DNA of 64,000 nt, from positions 434,001 through 498,000 of the forward strand of contig JAYWIR010000067.1 of NCBI GenBank assembly GCA_036172245.1, written 5' to 3'. The position numbers were made by a program, and so were the translations under genes. The notes under the pieces are model-generated. The model was not told the origin of the DNA. It made no database searches and saw nothing but the letters and a program-made list of their open reading frames with translations. Shown piece after piece: positions 13,920 through 24,303 of this stretch (position 1 is its first letter; each line of letters begins with the position of its first letter). This stretch comes from Raillietiella orientalis. Its lineage: Eukaryota.

Positions 13920-15198
13920 CTCTCGCCTGTAATTTTTTTCTGGTTCAAGAGTGGCGAGCGGCGAAGCGACGTGAACTGCGTGCAGCTATGGGTTGAAGAG
14001 GGAATCGGAGAATGGAATTTGGAGACGTGCGTGGCGTGGTTGCATTCACGGGTGGGCATCCGTTTCGTAAAGGGGGGAAAGGGAAGAAGGTTGGTGGGGC
14101 GAGTAGGTGACTTGCCTGGGAACATATGATGATGAAATGGTGACGAAGGGAGCGATCTCTGTGCTCGTATGACTTGGCATGGGTCGAGGTTTGGTGACGG
14201 ACGGAGAGATGACCGTTTGAGCGTAGGATGGAGGTGGTCAAGTGCGGAAAGGTAGCGCTGACAGTAAGCTTTTTTCCCGCCTCGTGTGTTGGATGCGGAT
14301 GGCTGCGATGTTTCCGGAAGATTGGTTGTGCGCCCGCGCGTGGCTTTGGCTGCGTGTTGTTGGAAACGGAGCACTCGTGGGAGCCTCTGGAAAGGGCGCG
14401 ACGCGTGTGTTGAGGGCACGTGGACGTTCTCGTGCTTGCGGAGAGGCTCCTGAAGGATGAGGGGCCAGTTCGGGGTGGGCGCAACACGTTGGCCATGCGA
14501 GCCGCTGCCGGGGGCTGTCCACCGTACGCCTTTCGGTAGTTGGAGCAAACTAGTCGAACTTGGTTGCGACTGTATGAATGCGCGGAAGAGGGGGGGGGGG
14601 GGGGCTTGTTTATGTTGTTCGGGAGCTGGGGTTCACTGCGATTGCTCGAGGCGGTGGGACGCAAGCTGGCGATGGGGTGCGAAGGCTGCGCGCACGTGCG
14701 TTCGGATGGAGCGGTCGGAGGTGGCTGGCTGCCAGGATGGAAGGCGGAAGGATTTGCCTGCTGTGGGTGTGGTGGCTTGCGTTGTTGAGGACGCTTTTTC
14801 GCAGACTGGGCAAGGAAGTTTGTTTGCGAAGTATGAAGGAGGCAGCAGGTGCCCAAGGAGCCCTCGAAGGTTGCCGTCGGTGGTTGGTGAAAGGTGCGCG
14901 GCTCGGACGCGTCGTCGGAGACCTCGTTTGGAGTTTCGATTCGGTTTGAGGTTGGTTGCCGAGTCGTTGTGCGGACTTCTCGGTGGTGGTGGCGGCGGCG
15001 GCGTTTTGCGCGCGAACGTGGGGGAACGGTGTTTGCAGTTGGGCTTGGTCGGGACTTGACGTGTCGGGAAAAGAAAGGGTGCGTCTCCTTGGCGACGGGG
15101 AGGAAGATTGCGGGTCGGACTGACTGTGGGAAGGCATGCAGGAAGCGGTCCTGTCCGAGTGCACCGGACGTGCCAGCGAAAGTAGTGCTCTTCCGAAG

Positions 15199-15553
15199 GT
15201 AGGTAGGTAGGTAGGTAGATAGGTGTGTGGGGGACACGAGGTGAGCACGGGAAGCGGAGAGGTAGGTAGGTGGTTGCTACACGCAGGCGCCCTCTTCGTG
15301 CGGGTAGAGGATGGGGTTTTCATAGGGGCAGTTGGCTGGGCGGTCGGGGTGCAGGTCGTGTGCGAGCCCGCTCGTGTCGAGTGAGGTGTTCGTGGGGAGC
15401 GCGTTGGGAAGCGTAGGGAGGGAGGGAGTGGGAAGGGGAGCGTGGTCGGTTGGGGAGGGGCGCGGGCGGAGTGCGTTCCCGGTCTGGACGCGGCGCTTGC
15501 GTTTGTTGGTTCGCTGCTTTGATTAACGGGGGGTTGTGGTTTCGTTTGGCCAG
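15199..15553 (+). other. Probable 5' UTR intron of DCAF1, starting with a (GGTA)n repeat
   Basis: AAG|GTAGGT donor at 15199, GATTAAC branch-like motif at 15521-15527, and TTTGGCCAG acceptor ending at 15553, 20 nt upstream of the ATG. Confidence 0.5.
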
Positions 15554-15573
15554 GAATCCGATCGGGTGTAGCG

Positions 15574-18458
15574 ATGGAGGAACCAGATCTGGTGACGGAC
15601 GTGGTGAGCGAGATTCTGAAAGAATGGGAAGAGCAGCATCGGGACGCGAGCTTCAATCCCGTGGAGACGCTGAATCGGTTGGCGGAGTTGGTGGAGCAGG
15701 AAACGGAGAATTACTTGAAGATGGATCCGGATCCTTTCGACGACAGGCACCCTTCTCGTGCAGACCCGAAGTGCACTCTGGGCTTGCTGCTGAAGACTCT
15801 GTTCAAGAAGGACAACTTGATGAACAAGCTGGTGAACGACTACATGCGTGACAGCGGGTGGTGTCGCCTGTCTCACGAGGAGATCCGCGAGATCAACACG
15901 AGTTCGTGCCGTCTGCTGCTGGACATCATGCCGGGTCTGGAAACGTCTGTGGTGTTCAAGGAATCGGAAGGGTTGATTACGAAGCTGTTCCACTGGGCGG
16001 AGAGGACGTCGGACCCGCTGTCGAGTTACGCGGCGGGTATTTTGTCGTCTGCGATGGAAGTGCAAGACATCGCTGCGAACTTTCGCGAGCAGAACGCTCT
16101 GCTGGTGCCTCAGATGCTGCGGAGGATTCGCGAAGCTCAGGCTCAGTTCCTGCGGTCGGACGAGGAAGGTCCGGCGTGGTCGTCGGAGGTGGTGGTGGCG
16201 TCGTCGTCGGAGGCAGGGGTGTCGTCGTCGTCGTCGTTGGGGCAGTCGAAGTGTTTTTCGGAGTCGTTGCTGCCGAACGGTTACAAGAGGAGCGAAGAGT
16301 TGGCTCCGTGTGCGAACGAGTGCAGCAACTCTTCGTGGGCGGACCTGGAGAGCTACGTGATCGGGGTGTACCAGGTGCACCCGCTGACCCTGGCGACGAA
16401 GCAGATCCTTCTGCTGCGCTACCTGACGCCGATGGGCGAATACCAGGAGCTGTTGGGCAACGTGTTCGAGTACGACGCGCTGGGTCTGATCCTGAAGTAC
16501 ATCAACCTGAAGCTGAACCGCGACGTGCGCGTGGCGTTCGAGGCTCTGAAGTACCTGGCTGCGCTGCTGTGCCACAAGAAGTTTTGCCTGGAGTTCATCG
16601 GTGTGAACGGTGTGCAGCGTCTGCTGGAGGTTCCTCGTCCGAGCATCGCGGCGACGGGCGTGTCGATGTGCCTGTATTACCTGGCGTGCAGCGAGGAAGC
16701 GATGGAGCGCATCTGCGTGCTTCCCCGCTACGTGGTGGGCGAGCTGGTGAAGTACGCGCTGTGGCTGCTGGAGTGCTCTCACGAGTCGGGTCGCTGCCAC
16801 TCGACGATGTTCTTCGGTCTGTCGTTCCGTTTCCGTTTGATCCTGGAGATCTTCGACCAGCAGGACGGTCTTCGGAAGCTGTACAACGTGGTCAGCACGC
16901 TGCTGATCCTGTCCAGCGACGAGCCGAACGACTTCATCAGCGAGGACGAGGAGTTCGCGTCTCGTCAGACGGTGCGTCACGTGTGCGTGGCGGTGAAGCG
17001 TTACTTCGAGGCTCACCTGATGATCCTGTCGGAGCAGCTTCAGCGGCTGCACGTGAGGGACCAGGGCGGCTCTCCGCAGCCGAGCACGCCGAACTACAAG
17101 GCGATGACGTACACGCCGGAGGGCGTGCAGGAGAACATCCACCTGGTGCAGGTGCTGCTTCCGCACAAGAAGCGTTGGCAGCCGGTGGAGTCTTTCCTTC
17201 GTCTGAACTGCACGAGCCTGCTGCTGCGCATCATCGGGATGGCGTACGACTGGAACTACTCCGGTCGGGCGGAGACGGTGCGCAGCGCGCTGGACGTGCT
17301 GTGCGTGTGCGCGGTGATGCCGTCCGTGCAGGAGCAGCTGTGCGAGAAGGTGGAGCTTCCGGACGACAGTTCTACGGTGGGGCTGAACATCGTGCTGTGG
17401 GCGGCTGTGGGGGAGGTGGTGGCGGACGCGGACGTGCAGAAGTCGGCGCTGAACGTGCTGATCATGTGCGTGTGCGCGCCGTCGAAGATCTCGAAGGGTG
17501 CGATCGGTCACTTCACGACGGCGGGCTGCGTGATCCGTAAGCACGGTATGTGGCGTTCGGCGGACGAGCTGCTGCTGAAGATCTGGAACTGCGCGCGTTC
17601 GAACAACGGGATCATGGTGCTGCTGAAGCTGCTGACGGTGAAGACGCCGATCACGGACGCGGACGCGCTACGCTGCCTGGCGTGCCGCGCTCTGGTGGGT
17701 CTTGCGCGGTGCGAGACGGTGCGGCAGATCATCGGGAAGCTGCCTCTGTTCACGACGGGCCAGCTGCAGATCCTGATGCGGGAGCCGATCCTGCAGGAGA
17801 AGAGGGCGGAGCACGTGAAGTTCTGCAAGTTCGCTCTGGAGCTGCTGGAGCTGATCTCCGGGAAGAAGAAGAGCGGCGGGGAGTTCGAGGTGTCGCTGTC
17901 GACGATCCACAAGGCGGACGTGGTGGCGCAGACGCGCATCACGTACAACGAGAAGGAGCTGCTGCAGCTGATTGCGTCGCACCTGCTGAGCAAGGGGTAC
18001 AAGGATTCGGCGGTGACGCTGCAGCGGGAGGCGAGCCTGCAGGGTTTGTGCAAGTCCACGGCGAGCGCGTATTCGCCGGGTCGTTGTTTCAGCTCTTCGT
18101 TGTCGTCGTCGTCGTTGGGCGCCGTGTCGGTCGGGTGTTCTTCTTCGTTGTCGTCGTCGTCGGCTGGCGTGCTTCCTCGACGTCCGGGTGCGTGCGGTGC
18201 TGCGAGGTTGCCGCAGTGCTCTCTTGCGTGCACGCCGCGCACGCTGACGATCAACCCTGCTGGGACGGCGACGGCAGTGTCGTCTTCGTCTTCGTCGTCC
18301 TCTGGTTCGTCGTCGTATTGGACGCCTCTTCCTCCTGCTGCTCCTCCGTCGTCTTCGTCGTCGTCGTCGTCATGGGTGTCTGCAGTCTCGGCGGCAGCAG
18401 CGGGAGGAGTAGGAGTTGGAGTTGGAGGAGGAGGGGGGGGAGCAGCAGCAGCAGCATT

Positions 18459-18493
<35 letters not shown>

Positions 18494-20136
18494 GCGGGAG
18501 CAACGGGCGCTCGTCGTGCAACGCGGCGTGCGGCAGCAGCAGCAGCAGCAGCCTGACGCCGCGTGCGGGGACAGCCGGGGGCGCGCGCGCGAAGGATGCT
18601 TTGTCCAGCGCGCGCGTGGTGCAGAAGCAGATCAGCGGTCGGGAGGCGCAGGGTCCCGTGCTGAAGTACGGGTCTCAAGTGTTCGGTGCGACGGAAGCGA
18701 CGGTGGTGACTCTGGACAACATCATAACGGAGTACCTGATGAACCAGCACACTCTGTGCAAGAACCCTATGGTGACGTGCCCGCAGTTCGACCTGCTGGT
18801 TCCGCACCAGTGCCCCGACCCCAAGTCGAAGAACGTGGCCCCTTGCAACCTGACGGCGCGTATCTCTAGCCGTATGCTGTTCCCGAAGCACGGCGGCCCC
18901 GAGGGCGAGAAGCTGACGAGAAAGCTGGTGCACTCCCGTTTCCGTCCGCTGATGCTGTACCGGTCTTCCGAGGATGACATCTTCTTCACGACGTGCTGCT
19001 TCTCGTCGTGCGAGCAGTTCATCATGGCGGGGACGTGCAGCGGCGACATGAAGCTGTTCAACGCGGCGACGGGCGTGGAAGAGGCGAATTACCAGTGCCA
19101 CGACTCGGCGTTGACGAACCTGTCTCCTAGCCGTGACGGTTCGCTGCTGCTGACGTCTTCGGTGATCCGTCCGCACTCGTCTCGGAACCCGCTGTCGGCG
19201 CTGTGGACCCTGGGCGACTTTTTCGACATGAAGCTGGCGTTCGAGGACGAGGAGTACGTGGAGTTCTCTAAGCTGTCTCAGGACAAGGTGGTGGCGACGA
19301 AGACTTACACGGCGACGGTGTACGACATCCATACGGGCCAGGTGGTGGTGAGCCTGAGCCCGCAGTGCTCGAACCAGTACGCGCGGAACAAGAGCACGTT
19401 CAGCCCGACGGACGAGCTGATCCTGTGCGACGGTGTTTTGTTCGACGTGTGCAGCGGCACGGTGATCCACAAGTTCGACAAGCTGAACCAGACGTTCAAC
19501 GGCGTGTTCCATCCGAACGGGCTGGAGATCATCAGCAACACGGAGGTGTGGGACATCCGCACGTTCCACCTGCTGCACACGGTGTCGAGCATCGACCAGT
19601 CGGTGATCCGGTTCAACTCGCAGGGGGACATCTTCTACGGGTTCAGCGTGGAGGAGGAGGGCCAGGGCTCGAACCTGGAGTGCAACTTCCGCACGTTCGA
19701 CGCGCAGGACTACGCGAACATCGCGACGATCGACGTGAAGAAGTGCATCTACGACCTGGCGGTGAACAGCACGGACACGCAGATCGCCATCGTGGAGAAC
19801 TCGGACTACTACGAGGGCGTGGTGGACGAGAGCTGGGTGCGGGTGTACGAGGTGGGCCGTTGCCGCGACATGGAAGACGAGGTGGAGCAGGAAGAGGAGG
19901 AGGAGGAGGACCTGGGCGACTCGGACGGTTCGGACCTGTCCATCACGGACAACGAGAACACGGTGGACGACCTGGCGGACGAGATCATCGACCTTCTGGA
20001 ACCGGAGAGCGGGGACGACGAGCCGAACGCCGAGGACGGCGGGAACGCCGAGGGGAGCAGCGACAGCGATTCCATGGGCGATCTGTCCTTCGCGGAGAGC
20101 GTCAGCGACAGCGAGGTGGACAGCGAGAACCTGTGA
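15574..20136 (+). CDS. DCAF1: DDB1- and CUL4-associated factor 1 (VprBP / mahjong), 1520 aa, single coding exon
   Basis: Contains the signature DPDPFDDRHPSRADP, an armadillo-like N-terminal region, a LisH motif (ELLQLIASHLLSKGYKDSAVTLQREA), C-terminal WD40 repeats (IHKFDKLN...GVFHPNGLEII...EVWD) and an acidic tail. The ORF is uninterrupted with strong G/C-ending codon bias. Confidence 0.97.
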
Positions 20137-20452
20137 ACGGTGCTGTGTTCGTTGGGGGGGGGGGGACATGATGATGATGATGAAGAGGAGGAGGACGAGG
20201 AGCAGCAGCAGGTGGAGATTGCATCGAGAGAGCCGAAGCGAGAAGAGCAGAGCGAGGGTCAGGACCCAGAAAGCCCACCCAGAGGAGGAAGAAGAAAAAA
20301 AAGGGGGGGGAGAGGGGGGAGGGAGAAGGACAGGCGGCGCAAGAGGAACAATGCAAAAAAAAGAAAAGGAAAGAAAGGAAGGGCAGGCGAGACCCCCCCT
20401 CGCAAAGTGACTCGCCCGGATCCCTCCCTCCCTCCCTCCCTCCGTGGACACG

Positions 20453-20458
20453 AATAAA
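20453..20458 (+). promoter_or_regulatory. Polyadenylation signal for DCAF1
   Basis: AATAAA ~320 nt after the stop codon, followed directly by a GU-rich stretch (GTTGTTTTGGTTGGG). Confidence 0.7.
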
Positions 20459-20600
20459 AAGTTGTTTTGGTTGGGTGCGATGGGGTGTTGGTGCGTGTTG
20501 CGAGTGGGAGGAAGCGGCCTCGCGCCCGTCTCGGGTGGAACGTTGACCGGTTGCCGTTGCAGGACGGCAAGATGCCCTGACAGGTGCAGGCGGAGAGAGG

Positions 20601-23600
20601 ATGGTGGACGCGTTTTCTTGGGAAGCGGACCGGAGCAAGGTGTACGAGAACATCACGCCGTTTAAGATTTGCGTGGCGCTGTACCTGAAAGAGTTCGTGT
20701 CGGCGAGAGCGAAAGGTAAGGAGGCACTTGTTTGCGGCTTTGGTGTCGCGCCCGCGGCGTGGTCGGGTGGACGAGCGGGGCGGCGGCGGCGGTGGTTGCG
20801 CGCTGCCGGTCGGACGCGCTCGTTGCGGGGCGGCCGGCCCTGTGCGGAGAGCCCGCCTGGAAGGGGAAGCGAGGAGCGTTTGCTGGTGCGGGCGCGCGGT
20901 TTTGCGGCGCCGCGTTTGCTGGACGCGGTGTGCGAGGGCGGCGGGCGGTTGGGTGCTGGGGGCGCGAGCTGTGAGGGCGCGGCTGGTTGGTGGCCGGTCG
21001 TCGTCGGCAACTGGAAGACGTCGTTCTGATTCGTGCATTTGCAGTGCTGAGCAACCCGTTCCTGGGGGACTCTTTCCTGTTCACGGCGCAGTCGAGGAGG
21101 AACTTTGACCTGCTGGCTCTTCAGCTGATCCAGGTGAGTGAGGTTCGGGGAGGTGGCTGGTGCTCGTCCGGTATGCAAGGAAGGTGGCGCGTGGCTTTGC
21201 TTGCAGGGGTGCCACATGGACCTGCACGCGCTGGTGTCGCTGATCTCGAAGAGCGAGCCTCCGTCCGTGGTGATGGAGGGGTTCGAGCAGAACCTGAGGC
21301 TGCTGTCGTCGGACGCGCTAAAGGTGCACGGTTTGATGCAGGAGATCGAGAACCTATTGTCGGAGAGATACGTGCTGAACAAGAGCAGCATCATAGGTAA
21401 GGCGGTGCCGGCGGGTGTAAGAGGGGGAGAGTGTGGTCAGGGCTGTTCCTGCGCGGCGTGTACCTGGTGTTCGACAAGCTGAGCTTCTCGGCGATCCTGG
21501 GACTGCATCGGGCGGTGAAGCGGTACTACGAGGTGCTGGAGGCGCAGAGGGCGCTTCCGGCCGCGTGCGAGTCGTCGTGTGTGGGCGGGACGTCGACGTC
21601 GGACGCGGCGTTGTGTGGCGGCGCGTGCTCCGGGAGCGCTAGGTGAGAGGGCTGGTCGGAGGAGGAGGGGAGGCTGATGCGGCGAGGGTCGCGCGTGAGG
21701 CAGCCGGAGGGCGCAGCACATGAAGCTGTCGTCGAAGAAACAGGTGGAGCTGTTCCTGGCTAGCCAGGCGGAGCGCCTGGACCGGGACGAGGGCACGGCG
21801 CTGCCCCCGGACGTGCTGGAGCACAACCTGAAGGCGCTGCTGGCGACGAACCACCTTCCTCACTACACGGTGAGCGGTCGCGTGGCGGCGGCGCTACGGG
21901 TGTTGACGGCGGTCGGTTGCAGCACTTTGTGAGCCACGTGAACTGCGCCAAGACGAAGGAGTTCCTGGGCGCGCTGCATCAGGTGCACTTGAGTTTCGAC
22001 AGACTGCAGTCGTCGCTGGCCGGGGATGCGCCTCCCGGCGGCTCCAGAGGCGCGGCTGCCGAGGACGCGTTTCAGTCTCTGCGGCTGGCGTCTCTGAACC
22101 TGGCGGCCTTCTACGCGGACTGCGGATCCCAGTGAGTGGTGTGTGGCGGTCGGTGAGGTGGGCTCGGGGCAGCCGGTGCAGGTGTGGATCGGCGTGCGTG
22201 GGCGCGGGCGAGGAACGTGGGTCGGGGCGAAAGGGGGGTAGGCGTGCATCGTCCGGGAGGAGTGCTGCGCCCCTGGGCGTGGAAGCGTAGCTGTGGAGAG
22301 TGGGTGGGTGGAGTCGAGAAAGTTTTCTTTTTGCTCGCGCGGTTGCTGCTGTTGGTGGTGGTAGTGAGGGCTTGCTTGAGTTGGACCGGGTGGGTCGATG
22401 AGGGTGGCGGTGGAGTTTCGGTGCAAGAGAAGCCCGCAGTCGTAGCTTCTGCGGCCGTTTGCGTGACGGCAGCTGCGGGCCGGCGCGTGGATTTGGGGCA
22501 CGGTTTGGGGGAAGGGGTCGGTGCTGCATGGTGTGGGTGGTTGATCATCCTGATCCCCTGCGTGCAGCGAGATGTCCCGGAACGCCCTGAAGGAAGCGGT
22601 GGTGCTGGCTCAGGAGGGTGGAGACAACGTGGCGCTACAGCACGCGCTTTCCCTGATGTACCGGCTGCCGTGCGGCGACAAGGTGGGCGTGCGCGGTGTG
22701 TCGCGGAGCGCGAGCGACGCGGGCGTGCCGTCCGCAGCTGGGCCTGGTGGAGAGTTCGGTGGTGAAGTGCCGCAAGCTGGGCCTGCCGCAGCTGGCGTCA
22801 TCGGGCGTGCTGTTCTACGCGAAGATGTTCCTGGGCACGGACGCGGAACCTTGCATGGTGATGAAGGTGAGATGGTTGCGTCGCTGGTGTCTTCGGCGTT
22901 GCTGACGTGCGTCTTCCCCCTCCTGGCCGCCTTGCTTGCTGGCTCAGCTGCTTTCGGAGTGCGACCTGCTGAACTTCCAGCACTCGATGCTGGACCTGAT
23001 GTTCTCGTGCGTGCACCTGAAGCACGTGTTCTGGTGCTTCTACGGGAACCTGCGGATGGCGGTGTCGCTGTCGCAGCTGGTGCTGTACCTGGACTACGAC
23101 TGGGAGAAGGGGGAGTTCCGTTCGAGCGAGTCGGCGTACCTGTGCGGCTGCAGCGTGGCGTACGCCCTGGCGACGGAGGTGGGTGGTTGCGTGTGGCGGG
23201 CGGGGCGCGGGATGCGGTGTCGCTTGCAGGGCCACTTCTGCGAGTCTGCGAAGGTGCTGGGCTTCCTGAAGGACAAGTCGTACTGCGGGAGCAGGTACAG
23301 CCGTCACTGGAGGTTGTGCGAGGAGAAGATCGGCGTGTTCCGTGCGCTGGTGCAGGGCTCGTGGGAGGAGTGCGGGTCGCACGCGCGCGCTCTGCGTGTG
23401 CTGGACGCGTGGGAGAGCAAGTACTGGTGAGTGGGGGGTGGTTTGTCGTCGTGGGTGTGTGGGAGGGTGCGTGGCGGCAGGCAGGCGGAGCTTTCGACGT
23501 ACGAGGGCTCGTTGTCGCGGGTGCACGAGCTGTCGCTGGAGCTGCGCGGGATGACGTCGCGCGAGGACGAGCAGGACGAGCTGAGGGCGCCGAAGCAGGC

Positions 23601-24303
23601 TCTGCGCCTGCTGTTGGAGGGCCAGTGCCACCGTCTGGTGGGCCAGCAGCAGTCGGCGCTGACGTGCTTGTCGGAGGCGCTGGAGATTTCCCGGAAACAC
23701 CACCTGCAGCAGCTGCAGACGACGTGCCTGTTGCACTTGGCGTTGGTGCAGGTGAGTGCGTGGTCGTTGTCGGCGTTGCGGTCGTCGCGGACGGAGGGCG
23801 TATCAGTTGAAGCTGGGCATGGCGTCGGAGGCACTTCGGACGGCGGAGGACTGCCGTTTCCGTGTGCTGACGCACTTTGGCGCGTACGACGAGGCTCGTT
23901 TCCACTTCGTGCTGGCGCGCTGCAAGATGGCGCGGCTGAACATGGAGCGCAGTCGGTGTGTCGGTGCGAGTTGCGGCGGCGAGCCAAAGGAGGAGGCGGA
24001 AGAGGTGAAGGAGGACGAGGATGCGGAGTCTGGCGGGAGCGCGTGCGTCGCCAAGGAGGCGGTGGATCACTTGACGGCGGCGTACAGGCTGTTCGGGAAG
24101 ATCCCGGCTCTGTACCGCATGAGGGACGTGGCGTACTGTCTGGTAGGTGTTGGGATGGGTGCGGTGGTGGACGGGTGTGGCCTCAGGCGGTCATGCACAA
24201 CGAGCTGGGTTCGAAGAAGGAACGGAACTTGTACTCGCGGATGTTCCACACTCTGGACCAGAGGCTGCCTTGTCCTCCGTCGTACAACTACTGGATCCTG
24301 TAA
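20601..24303 (+). CDS. ANAPC5: Anaphase-promoting complex subunit 5, ~788 aa, 13 exons
   Basis: Exons 20601-20715, 21045-21133, 21207-21396, 21441-21642, 21704-21869, 21923-22131, 22568-22682, 22738-22866, 22948-23178, 23230-23426, 23481-23751, 23807-24142 and 24187-24303. All introns are GT-AG with consistent phase, 2367 nt in total. APC5 motifs: ITPFKI, SSIIGLFLR..L.FDKLSFS, SKKQVELFLASQA, SLRLASLNLAA, ALKEAVVLAQE..D.VALQHAL, ERN..S.MF..L. Confidence 0.93.

Noticed and set aside
11716..15656. Long minus-strand ORFs (254-575 aa) rich in His/Thr/Pro/Gln
   Set aside because: They follow from the G+T skew: the C+A-rich minus strand has few stop codons. One reads straight through the (TG)n repeat, and none has a domain signal.
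15523..20451. Antisense and alternate-frame ORFs of 337-673 aa overlapping DCAF1
   Set aside because: Shadow ORFs expected from extreme GC3 codon bias.
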